Assembly (NCBI GenBank): GCA_963920595.1
Contig: OY986947.1
Coordinates: forward strand, 62,001-126,000
Source of the DNA: Eimeria praecox
Lineage: Eukaryota
Length of the DNA stretch: 64,000 nucleotides
Reading direction: 5' to 3'
Within the stretch, counting starts at the first letter, position 1. Each line of letters begins with the position of its first letter. The translations under genes were made by a program, and so were the position numbers. The notes beneath the pieces are model-generated. The model was not told where the DNA came from, did no database searches, and saw nothing but the letters and a program-made list of their open reading frames with translations. Of this stretch, positions 45,479 through 58,135 are shown piece by piece.

Positions 45479-48400
45479 AAATTATTGCGCAGGCCCTATC
45501 AAATTCATGCGCTTTGCAGTTCTGCCAGCTGGTTGCAGGGGCCGACGGTGGCTCACAAGCCACGCACTGATTCCCCACAATGTATGCCACAGCCATACTC
45601 ATGCCTACACAAGCAGCACTGCTGCTAACTGTCTACAGAAAGGGGGCTTCGAATGCAGCATAGTCGTAGTGTGTGCCCTATTACAACAGTCCAATGATGC
45701 TTTTCTCGCAATGACAAAGGCAAGTGCCAGCTTGCATTATGCCAACGGTGAAAGGCAACAGACCTCTGACGCACTATGCGGCGAAGCGACATTCGAAAAA
45801 CCCGTGCGTAGCTATTTTGTGAAGGTGCCCTGCCTTCTAGTTACTCCACAAGGATCGTGCAGCACGCAGTAGTGCTGCGCATAAGGCAACCAATGCACCG
45901 GTGTAAACCGCAGGCAGAGCCAAGTCACAGCTGCACGCAAACACAACAGCACCACTCAGCAAGCCAATGTGCTCCACGAGGCACTGTTACGCAGCTAGCA
46001 TTTTCTTACAAGAACTCTGCATGCAATGTTGTGTTCTAAATAGAACCCCTCGCCGCTGCCCAATAAGCTGCTCGGTGACGACGCAACGCAGACACGCAGT
46101 GAACGATACTCCAAGGTGATCACAGGGAATCGCATACGATGCATTCTAGCTATAGCATCCTGGCGCCAATTGATCAACTCACATTCTGAACGGCAGATCC
46201 AAGGCCGCCCCTTCATTGCTATATCTCTTGCCGTTAAGAAGATACATGGGAAAAGGACACGCGCACTGACAAAATGTGGAACACACTGTCCAAAGATGCA
46301 GCAGGCGCCAACTTGCCCCACCGCACAGACCTCAGCACTAGAGGCAAGCAGGTTAAAATTTCACCAAGTACGCAACGCACATTCTGCCGCCACATATCAG
46401 TTGGTTTTAGTGAAAATAGAGCTAAGATGTATGACGCAGCTGCAGCGGTATACATGCGAAACAATCCTTGCTACAATCGGCACCAAATGGGCAATTCGAT
46501 AATCGCAAGGCCCACCTAACTACAGTCAAGATCCGATAGGTCTTGCAGAACACAAGAACATACAAAGATCCGATTTCAGTGGCCTTCCTGCACCACCTGA
46601 AGTACGCAGCACAGCAATTTCCAACTGTATATGACGCCACCTAGCGCGTATCGTGGCAACAGCTCATTACAAGGAAGCAAGGACGCGTCTATCCCTTGTG
46701 AATCCGTACTCCCTGCATGCCACAAAAATGCCTCGAATTATCCAGCTGTCTCTCAAAATGCTATATAATATCCACTGTACAGGCGGAAATCGATTGAATG
46801 CACCATACTCTCAGCGCCTTGCCACAATTGTCCAACGACGCTTTCTTTGCAGTGCCGCAGAAAATAACCAACTTGCATTCACCCAGGCTGTGCAGCCCAA
46901 CATACCAATGATTCACTATGCGCCAAAGCAACACCTCCAAGAAAACCGAGTAGTCTGATGGCAAAGCCGTCATTCAACCCGGTACTCTACAAACGTTCTA
47001 AGGTACGCGATATCCCTGTACATCACAAGAACCATGGGACCAACTCACAGGCTGAGTCGAGCAAGAACTGCATGCGGCCACACCTGCAGCATTCCGCAAG
47101 CCAATGTGCTCCAGTAAGCACAGACACGCTGCTGGCGCTTCTTTACCCCAGCTCAGCGCCTGAGCAAGTGGTATGAACAAGCCTCCCTCACCGCAACCTC
47201 ACATGTAGCTAGGCGGAGGCGTTGCTCAGACATTCAATCAACAGTACTACAAGGCGATCACAAACAGCCGCCTACAAGCCAATCCCGACATAGCATCTAG
47301 GAACCGATTCAGTAACGCACAGTCTGAACACGCGCTACACCAGACAAAGCAGCCACAACGCTACGCCAGAAAAACTTGTGTCATCAATCCAACGCACACG
47401 CAAACCACCCACCACTGAACATATGCGGCCTCTTCGCTGAAGGCCTAAACTACACCAGGGGCCAGCTCCCGCCACACCACACACCACTACGCGAGACACG
47501 CCATCCAACCAGAAGCAAAGCAGCCGAAAGCTTCACCAAATATGCAACGCACAACCGGCAATCCCAAATTGTTTTGTCTAGTGAAACAAAGGGCTCAGGC
47601 GCAGTACAAGCGCAAGCTGTCACTAGCTACAAACAGGCCTCAGATTGTACTCAGAACAATAAAACAGTGAATCAAAACGACTGTCTGCCGCGATCCTGTG
47701 CCAGGTGGACAGCAGGTGCAGCATACCCAACCGTAAAGTCCGCGTGTATACGGGACTGTGCAGCGTGCATAGTGTCGCCACCTGCCACCTTGCACTTCAT
47801 TGGCACGAAACCTACGGTTATTCTTAGAATGCAGCTAGTAGCTGCACGCAACAACGGAACTTAAACATCAGCACACAAGCCAGAATGTTATACACTGCAT
47901 AGCCGGGCTCCTCAAAAACCTCCCCAGCTATATGCTGCGCAACAGCAAGCTGGAGTAAGCCACAACTCTCCATCATCTACGACCAATAGCAACGCCTCGT
48001 GAGAACACTCTGCACGCAGAGACTGTGTGCAGGTTACGCAGATACGCGGTGCCACCAATCCCAAGCTCGTACTAAGGTGCTCCCTTTATCCATACCGTCT
48101 GCGCAACGCCACCAAAAAGTCAAATCATTGCACAGCCTGTATGAAATTCACCCGATGCGCAGTACTGCCGGCTGGTTGCAGGGGCCGACGGTGGCTCACA
48201 AGCCACGCACTGATTCCCCACAATGTATGGCGCAGCCCTAATCATACCCACACAAACAGCACTGCTGCTAACTGTCTACAGAAAGGACGCATCGAACGCA
48301 GCATAGTTCTACTGAGTGCCTTATTACAACAGTCCAATGATGCTTTTCTCGCAGTGACAAAGGCAAGTGCCAGCTTGCATTATGCCAACGGTGAAAGGCA

Positions 48401-51400
48401 ACAGACCTCTGACGCACTATGCGGCGAAGCGACATTCGAAAAACCCGTGCGTAGCTATTTTGTGAAGGTGCCCTGCCTTCTAGTTACTGCACAAGGATCG
48501 TGCAGCACGCAGTAGTGCTGCGCATAAGGCAACCAATGCACCGGTGTAAACCGCAGGCAGAGCCAAGTCACAGCTGCACGCAAACACAACAGCACCACTC
48601 AGCAAGCCAATGTGCTCCACGAGGCACTGCTACGCAGCTAGCACTTTCTTACAAGAACTCTGCATGCAATGTTGTGTTCTAAATAGAACCCCTCGCCGCT
48701 GCCCAATAAGCTGCTCGGTGACGACGCAACGCAGACACGCAGTGAACGATACTCCAAGGTGATCACAGGGAATCGCATACGATGCATTCTAGCTATAGCA
48801 TCCTGGCGCCAATTGATCAACTCACATTCTGAACGGCAGATCCAAGGCCGCCTCTTCATTGCTATATCTCTTGCCGTTAAGAAGATACATGGGAAAAGGA
48901 CACGCGCACTGACAAAATGTGGAACACACTGTCCAAAGATGCAGCAGGCGCCAACTTGCCCCACCGCACAGACCTCAGCACTAGAGGCAAGCAGGTTAAA
49001 ATTTCACCAAGTACGCAACGCACATTCTGCCGCCACATATCAGTTGGTTTTAGTGAAAATAGAGCTAAGATGTATGACGCAGCTGCAGCGGTATACATGC
49101 GAAACAATCCTTGCTACAATCGGCACCAAATGGGCAATTCGATAAGCGCAAGGCCCACCTAACTACAGTCAAGATCCGATAGGTCTTGCAGAACACAAGA
49201 ACATACAAAGATCCGATTTCAGTGGCCTTCCTGCACCACCTGAAGTACGCAGCACAGCAATTTCCAACTGTATATGACGCCACCTAGCGCGTATCGTGGC
49301 AACAGCTCATTACAAGGAAGCAAGGACGCGTCTATCCCTTGTGAATCCGTACTCCCTGCATGCCACAAAAATGCCTCGAATTATCCAGCTGTCTCTCAAA
49401 ATGCTATATAATATCCACTGTACAGGCGGAAATCGATTGAATGCACCATACTCTCAGCGCCTTGCCACAATTGTCCAACGACGCTTTCTTTGCAGTGCCG
49501 CAGAAAATAACCAACTTGCATTCACCCAGGCTGTGCAGCCCAACATACCAATGATTCACTATGCGCCAAAGCAACACCTCCAAGAAAACCGAGTAGTCTG
49601 ATGGCAAAGCCGTCATTCAACCCGGTACTCTACAAACGTTCTAAGGTACGCGATATCCCTGTACATCACAAGAACCATGGGACCAACTCACAGGCTGAGT
49701 CGAGCAAGAACTGCATGCGGCCACACCTGCAGCATTCCGCAAGCCAATGTGCTCCAGTAAGCACAGACACGCTGCTGGCGCTTCTTTACCCCAGCTCAGC
49801 GCCTGAGCAAGTGGTATGAACAAGCCTCCCTCACCGCAACCTCACATGTAGCTAGGCGGAGGCGTTGCTCAGACATTCAATCAACAGTACTACAAGGCGA
49901 TCACAAACAGCCGCCTACAAGCCAATCCCGACATAGCATCTAGGAACCGATTCAGTAACGCACAGTCTGAACACGCGCTACACCAGACAAAGCAGCCACA
50001 ACGCTACGCCAGAAAAACTTGTGTCATCAATCCAACGCACACGCAAACCACCCACCACTGAACATATGCGGCCTCTTCGCTGAAGGCCTAAACTACACCA
50101 GGGGCCAGCTCCCGCCACACCACACACCACTACGCGAGACACGCCATCCAACCAGAAGCAAAGCAGCCGAAAGCTTCACCAAATATGCAACGCACAACCG
50201 GCAATCCCAAATTGTTTTGTCTAGTGAAACAAAGGGCTCAGGCGCAGTACAAGCGCAAGCTGTCACTAGCTACAAACAGGCCTCAGATTGTACTCAGAAC
50301 AATAAAACAGTGAATCAAAACGACTGTCTGCCGCGATCCTGTGCCAGGTGGACAGCAGGTGCAGCATACCCAACCGTAAAGTCCGCGTGTATACGGGACT
50401 GTGCAGCGTGCATAGTGTCGCCACCTGCCACCTTGCACTTCATTGGCACGAAACCTACGGTTATTCTTAGAATGCAGCTAGTAGCTGCACGCAACAACGG
50501 AACTTAAACATCAGCACACAAGCCAGAATGTTATACACTGCATAGCCGGGCTCCTCAAAAACCTCCCCAGCTATATGCTGCGCAACAGCAAGCTGGAGTA
50601 AGCCACAACTCTCCATCATCTACGACCAATAGCAACGCCTTGTGAGAACACTCTGCACGCAGAGACTGTGTGCAGGTTACGCAGATACGCGGTGCCACCA
50701 ATCCCAAGCTCGTACTAAGGTGCTCCCTTTATCCATACCGTCTGCGCAACGCCACCAAAAAGTCAAATCATTGCACAGCCTGTATGAAATTCACCCGATG
50801 CGCAGTACTGCCGGCTGGTTGCAGGGGCCGACGGTGGCTCACAAGCCACGCACTGATTCCCCACAATGTATGGCGCAGCCCTAATCATACCCACACAAAC
50901 AGCACTGCTGCTAACTGTCTACAGAAAGGACGCATCGAACGCAGCATAGTTCTACTGAGTGCCTTATTACAACAGTCCAATGATGCTTTTCTCGCAGTGA
51001 CAAAGGCAAGTGCCAGCTTGCATTATGCCAACGGTGAAAGGCAACAGACCTCTGACGCACTATGCGGCGAAGCGACATTCGAAAAACCCGTGCGTAGCTA
51101 TTTTGTGAAGGTGCCCTGCCTTCTAGTTACTCCACAAGGATCGTGCAGCACGCAGTAGTGCTGCGCATAAGGCAACCAATGCACCGGTGTAAACCGCAGG
51201 CAGAGCCAAGTCACAGCTGCACGCAAACACAACAGCACCACTCAGCAAGCCAATGTGCTCCACGAGGCACTGCTACGCAGCTAGCACTTTCTTACAAGAA
51301 CTCTGCATGCAATGTTGTGTTCTAAATAGAACCCCTCGCCGCTGCCCAATAAGCTGCTCGGTGACGACGCAACGCAGACACGCAGTGAACGATACTCCAA

Positions 51401-53668
51401 GGTGATCACAGGGAATCGCATACGATGCATTCTAGCTATAGCATCCTGGCGCCAATTGATCAACTCACATTCTGAACGGCAGATCCAAGGCCGCCTCTTC
51501 ATTGCTATATCTCTTGCCGTTAAGAAGATACATGGGAAAAGGACACGCGCACTGACAAAATGTGGAACACACTGTCCAAAGATGCAGCAGGCGCCAACTT
51601 GCCCCACCGCACAGACCTCAGCACTAGAGGCAAGCAGGTTAAAATTTCACCAAGTGCGCAACGCACATTCTGCCGCCACATATCACTTGGCTTTAGTGAA
51701 ACTAAAGCTAAGACGTACGACGCAGCTGCAGCGGTATACATGCGAAACAATCCTTGCTACAATCGGCACCAAATGGGCAATCCGATACGCGAAAGGCACA
51801 CCTAACTACAGTCAAGATTCGATAGGCCTTTCAGAACACAAGAACATACAAAGATGCGATTTCAGTGGCCATCCTACACCACCTGAAGTACGCGGCACAG
51901 CAATTTCCAACTGCATATGACGCTGCCTAGCGTGTATCGTAGCAACAGCTCATTACAAGGAAGCAAGGACGCGTCTATCCCTTGTGAATTCGTACTCCCT
52001 GCATGCCACAAAAATGCCTCGAATTATCCAGCTGTCTCCCAAAATGCCATATAATATCCATTGCACAGGTGGAGATGGATTGAATGCACCATACTCTCAG
52101 CGCCTTGTCACAACTGTCCAATTGTCCAACGACGCGTTCCTTGCAGTGCCGCAGAAAATAACCAGCTTGCATTCGCCCAGGCTGTGCAGCCCAACAGACC
52201 AATGATTCACTATGCGCCAAAGCAACACCTCCAAGAAAACCGAGTAGTCTGATGGCAAAGCCGTCATTCAACCAGGTACTCTACAAACGTTCTAAGGTAC
52301 GCGATATCCCTGTACATCACAAGAACCACTGCACTAGCCCACAGGCTAAGTCGAGCCAAAAATGCATGCGATCACACCTGCAGCATTCCGCAAGCCAATG
52401 TGCTCCAGTAAACGCAGATAGGATGCTGGCTCTTCCTTACCCCAGCTCAGCGCCTGAGCAAGTGGTATGAACAAGCCTCCCTCACCGCAACCTCACATGT
52501 AGCTAGGCGGAGGCGTTGCTCAGACATTCAATCAACAGTATTACAAGGTGATCACAAACAGCCACCTACAAGCCAATCCCGACATAGCATCTAGGAACCG
52601 ACTCAGTAACGCACAGTCTGAACACGCGCTACACCAGACAAAGCAGCCACAACGCTACGCCAGAAAAACTTGTTTCATCAATCCAACGCACACGCAAACC
52701 ACCCACCACTGAACCCATGTGCCCTCTGCTCTGAAGGCCTAAACTACACCAGGGGCCAGCTCCCGCCACACCACACACCACTACGCGAGACACGCCATCC
52801 AACCAGAAGCAAAGCAGCCGAAAGCTTCACCAAATATGCAACGCACAACCGGCAATCCCAAATTGTTTTGTCTAGTGAAACAAAGGGCTCAGGCGCAGTA
52901 CAAGCGCAAGCTGTCACTAGCTACAAACAGGCCTCAGATTGTACTCAGAACAATAAAACAGTGAATCAAAACGACTGTCTGCCGCGATCCTGTGCCAGGT
53001 GGACAGCAGGTGCAACATACCCAACCGTAAAGTCCGCGTGTATACGGGACTGTGCAGCGTGCATAGTGGCTCCACCTTGCACCTCATTGGCACGAAACCT
53101 ACGGCTATTCTTAGAATGCAGCTAGTAGCTGCACGCAACAGCGGAACTTAAACATCAGCACACAAGCCAGAATGTTATACACTGCATAGCCGGGCTCCTC
53201 AAAAACCTCCCCAGCTATATGCTATGTAACAGCAAGCTGAAATAGGCCGCAGCCGTCCATCATCTACGACCAATAGCAACGCCTTGTGAGAACACTCTGC
53301 ACGCAGAGACTGTGTGCAGGTTACGCAGATACGCGGTGCCACCAATCCCAAGCTCGTACTAAGGTGCTCCCTTTGTCCATACCGTCTGCGCAACGCCACC
53401 AAAAAGTCAAATCATTGCACAGCCTGTATGAAATTCACCCGATGCGCAGTACTGCCGGATGGTTGCAGGGGCCGACGGTGGCTCACAAGCCACGCACTGA
53501 TTCCCCACAATGTATGGCACAGCCCTAATCATACCCACACAAACAGCACTGCTGCTAACTGTCTACAGAAAGCACGCATCGAATGCAGCATAGTTCTACT
53601 GAGTGCCTTATTACAACAGTCTAATGATGCTTTTCTCGCAGTGACAAAGGCAAGTGCCAGCTTGCATT
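45479..53668. repeat. Tandem array family B-long: 2,643 bp unit, ~3 copies; a diverged, collinear relative of family A
   Basis: Matching ORFs at 45995/48638/51281 and 47376/50019 (period 2643). Landmarks shared with A occur in the same order, e.g. gaacacaagaacatacaaaga, ctgaaggcctaaactac, cccaggctgtgcag, gccgcctacaagcc. Confidence 0.96.
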
Positions 53669-56450
53669 CACCCAGGCTGTGCAGCCCAACAGACCAATGA
53701 TTCACTATGCGCCAAAGCAACACCTCCAAGAAAACCGAGTAGTCTGATGGCAAAGCCGTCATTCAACCAGGTACTCTACAAACGTTCTAAGGTACGCGAT
53801 ATCCCTGTACATCACAAGAACCACTGCACTAGCCCACAGGCTAAGTCGAGCCAAAAATGCATGCGATCACACCTGCAGCATTCCGCAAGCCAATGTGCTC
53901 CAGTAAACGCAGATAGGATGCTGGCTCTTCCTTACCCCAGCTCAGCGCCTGAGCAAGTGGTATGAACAAGCCTCCCTCACCGCAACCTCACATGTAGCTA
54001 GGCGGAGGCGTTGCTCAGACATTCAATCAACAGTATTACAAGGTGATCACAAACAGCCACCTACAAGCCAATCCCGACATAGCATCTAGGAACCGACTCA
54101 GTAACGCACAGTCTGAACACGCGCTACACCAGACAAAGCAGCCACAATGCTACGCCAGAAAAACTTGTTTCATCAATCCAACGCACACGCAAACCACCCA
54201 CCACTGAACCCATGTGCCCTCTGCTCTGAAGGCCTAAACTACACCAGGGGCCAGCTCCCGCCACACCACACACCACTACGCGAGACACGCCATCCAACCA
54301 GAAGCAAAGCAGCCGAAAGCTTCACCAAATATGCAACGCACAACCGGCAATCCCAAATTGTTTTGTCTAGTGAAACAAAGGGCTCAGGCGCAGTACAAGC
54401 GCAAGCTGTCACTAGCTACAAACAGGCCTCAGATTGTACTCAGAACAATAAAACAGTGAATCAAAACGACTGTCTGCCGCGATCCTGTGCCAGGTGGACA
54501 GCAGGTGCAGCATACCCAACCGTAAAGTCCGCGTGTATACGGGACTGTGCAGCGTGCATAGTGTGGCCACCTGCCACCTTGCACTTCAATGGCACGAAAC
54601 CTACGGTTATTCTTAGAATGCAGCTAGTAGCTGCACGCAACAGCGGAACTTAAACATCAGCACACACGCCAGAATGTTATACACTGCATAGCCGGGCTCC
54701 TCAAAAACCTCCCCAGCTATATGCTATGTAACAGCAAGCTGAAATAGGCCGCAGCCGTCCATCATCTACGACCAATAGCAACGCCTTGTGAGAACACTCT
54801 GCACGCAGAGACTGTGTGCAGGTTACGCAGATACGCGGTGCCACCAATCCCAAGCTCGTACTAAGGTGCTCCCTTTGTCCATACCGTCTGCGCAACGCCA
54901 CCAAAAAGTCAAATCATTGCACAGCCTGTATGAAATTCACCCGATGCGCAGTACTGCCGGATGGTTGCAGGGGCCGACGGTGGCTCACAAGCCACGCACT
55001 GATTCCCCACAATGTATGGCACAGCCCTAATCATACCCACACAAACAGCACTGCTGCTAACTGTCTACAGAAAGGACGCATCGAATGCAGCATAGTTCTA
55101 CTGAGTGCCTTATTACAACAGTCTAATGATGCTTTTCTCGCAGTGACAAAGGCAAGTGCCAGCTTGCATTCACCCAGGCTGTGCAGCCCAACAGACCAAT
55201 GATTCACTATGCAGCAAAGCAGCACCTCCCAGAAATCCGAGTAGTCTGATGGCAAAGCCGTCATTCAACCCGGTACTCTACAAACGTTCTAAGGTACGCG
55301 ATATCCCTGTACATCACAAGAACCATGGGGCCAACTCACAGGCTAAGACGAACCAAAAATGCATGCGATCACACCTGCAGCATTCCGCAAGCCAATGTGC
55401 TCCAGTAAACGCAGATAGGATGCTGGCTCTTCCTTACCCCAGCTCAGCGCCTGAGCAAGTGGTATGAACAAGCCTCCCTCACCGCAACCTCACATGTAGC
55501 TAGGCGGAGGCGTTGCTCAGACATTCAATCAACAGTATTACAAGGTGATCACAAACAGCCACCTACAAGCCAATCCCGACATAGCATCTAGGAACCGACT
55601 CAGTAACGCACAGTCTGAACACGCGCTACACCAGACAAAGCAGCCACAACGCTACACCAGCAAAACTTGTTTCATCAATCCAACGCACACGCAAACCACC
55701 CACCACTGAACCCATGTGCCCTCTGCTCTGAAGGCCTAAACTACACCAGGGGCCAGCTCCCGCCACACCACACACCACTACGCGAGACACGCCATCCAAC
55801 CAGAAGCAAAGCAGCCGAAAGCTTCACCAAATATGCAACGCACAACCGGCAATCCCAAATTGTTTTGTCTAGTGAAACAAAGGGCTCAGGCGCAGTACAA
55901 GCGCAAGCTGTCACTAGCTACAAACAGGCCTCAGATTGTACTCAGAACAATAAAACAGTGAATCAAAACGACTGTCTGCCGCGATCCTGTGCCAGGTGGA
56001 CAGCAGGTGCAGCATACCCAACCGTAAAGTCCGCGTGTATACGGGACTGTGCAGCGTGCATAGTGGCTCCACCTTGCACCTCATTGGCACGAAACCTACG
56101 GCTATTCTTAGAATGCAGCTAGTAGCTGCACGCAACAGCGGAACTTAAACATCAGCACACAAGCCAGAATGTTATACACTGCATAGCCGGGCTCCTCAAA
56201 AACCTCCCCAGCTATATGCTATGTAACAGCAAGCTGAAATAGGCCGCAGCCGTCCATCATCTACGACCAATAGCAACGCCTTGTGAGAACACTCTGCACG
56301 CAGCGACTGTGTGCAGGTTACGCAGATACGCGGTGCCACCAATCCCAAGCTCGTACTAAGGTGCTCCCTTTGTCCATACCGTCTGCGCAACGCCACCAAA
56401 AAGTCAAATCATTGCACAGCCTGTATCAAATTCATGTGATGTGCAGTTCT
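52162..56450. repeat. Tandem array family B-short: 1,495/1,502 bp unit, ~3 copies; a deletion derivative of B-long
   Basis: atggcaaagccg at 52252, 53747 and 55249; ORFs at 53286/54788/56283. A new junction gcaagtgccagcttgcattcacccagg appears at ~53650-53676 and ~55152-55178. Confidence 0.95.
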
Positions 56451-58135
56451 GCCAACCGCGTAGAGGGAATAATGCTGCTTCGTACACTAATCACGTAGCC
56501 CTCACGTGTTCAGGCAGGCACGCCATATCACGTTAAACGAAGCAGCACATGAGCAAAAAGGTCACAGCTATTTCTATGGCATATATACAGGCATGGAGGC
56601 AACGAAAAAGCGCATGCATGCAAACCGGCCTGCCGTACCAACTCTGCGCTGCCTTCTGCAGCGTAGTAGGTGAAGGCGTAAGCTGCTCGCATATGCAAAA
56701 AGCAATGCCTTGGACTTCCCATGTTACTCATAAAGCGCTCGGCGATATCCAGTGCCTAGACAGCGATGCACGGAATGCACAATAGCTGGAACCGAACATC
56801 GCAACAGTACACGTATGATGCTTCATCTAGGCGAAGGGCAATTACAAGCTTGTGCATGTTCTGACTGTGCAGTATTACAGAGCATTGACTCGCTAGCCAC
56901 CCAAGCGGCAAGTCCGGAAAAGGCGAATAGTCAGGCGGAAGGCTAGTCACGCCCCTGGCGTACCCGTTCAAAATGGAAATCGCAGCTAAGCAGCTGATTT
57001 GTGTGTTACCTGCTGTGAATAGGGCCCTTTCCCACTGCACGATAAGATGTTTGGAGCAGAGGTAGCGTAGGCACGCAATAAACCATACTAGCAGACGATG
57101 ACAAGCAAGGACGTACGGACTAAGCTCATAAGGACGTTTGGCAATCGATGGTGAAATCTTCTTTCGGACAGCTCCCCACTTGATCAGAACACCTCGTGCT
57201 AAACCCCGCACAGGCAAAGTATGCCACAGTGAGAAAATGCAGTACGTACCGTACGAAACTACACGAACATCCAGCTTGCCCCTTGCATGCAGCTATGCAG
57301 ATATGCAAGCGAACCAATCTCTGTTATGTTATCCAACTGTGAAAAACCGGCAAAGCACTTCGATAAGCGCCAGACGCCCACATGTACAGCCAGGAGACAA
57401 TATGGGCTTCAAACACCAACGATATGAGAAAAACGATCGTCTGCCGCGTTTCTCTGTTTGGCGTGTAGCACTTAACATGGTACAATCCGCCAGCTCGCGA
57501 GGATGTCCAGCGTGCACCATGGCGACTGTTTGCAGCTCACGGGAAAGCGCTATACGACACCTCCTCGCAAATCCGCAGTTTCTCCATGCCACAGTAGTCC
57601 TTCAAGTGATTCACTTATCCCCTGAGGTACCATCCTATACCCCAACGCACTCATGCATTGGCCACAACTGCTCATCCCAACTGCTCAATTGCCCAACTAG
57701 GCTTTTATCGCAATGCCAAACTCATTTTCCAGTCTGCATTAATTTATTCTGTTGGGTAAAACAGGCTTTTGACTTACCAGTCGATCAATCAACAATTCCA
57801 AGCAAAACGCATAATCTGCTGGGACTTTTGCCGTACGTTGCAGTAGTGCTCAAATGTCTACTGCACTCCGTATCACGCCACACGGCAAGAGCGATAGCTC
57901 TAGCGCACATTTTTAGTTCAGTAAGTATTCAACGCAAGCACGTCTGTCGGTTTCAGTGTGTCGGAGGAACCGAGCAAGCACCGCGACGCTGACAGTTTCT
58001 CCTGAACAGACCTGCACAGGAAATAGCGCACCTTGAATAGAATCCCTTCCAGCTCCATGATGGAAGGCCTGCTGCATCTGCGCCGCGGACACTCAACGGA
58101 CCATGCAGACCTCCCTTATTACAGTGACGTTGCGC
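56450..58135. repeat. Single-copy transition zone built from degenerate satellite sequence
   Basis: gaatgcac (56773) to gcaattacaagctt (56838) has the same 65-bp spacing as gaatgcac (294) to gcaattaccagctt (359) in A. agcacttcgataagcgccag...tacagccagga (~57354-57395) matches agcaattcgataagcgcaagg...tacagccagga in A. ~57790-58130 is a diverged copy of part of the 655-bp unit. Confidence 0.8.

Noticed and set aside
45090..45872. 260-aa ORF spanning the A/B junction
   Set aside because: It is a chance fusion of open frames from two repeat families across the breakpoint.
45479..56450. Block B as an inserted transposon or LTR element
   Set aside because: It has no terminal inverted repeats, LTR ends, exact target-site duplication or coding capacity, and it is homologous and collinear with the flanking satellite.
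57138..57992. Longest ORF (284 aa) in the single-copy zone
   Set aside because: It starts at TTG, has no recognisable motif and lies over demonstrably decayed repeat sequence, so it is probably a chance ORF. A BLASTP/HMM hit or transcript evidence would overturn this.
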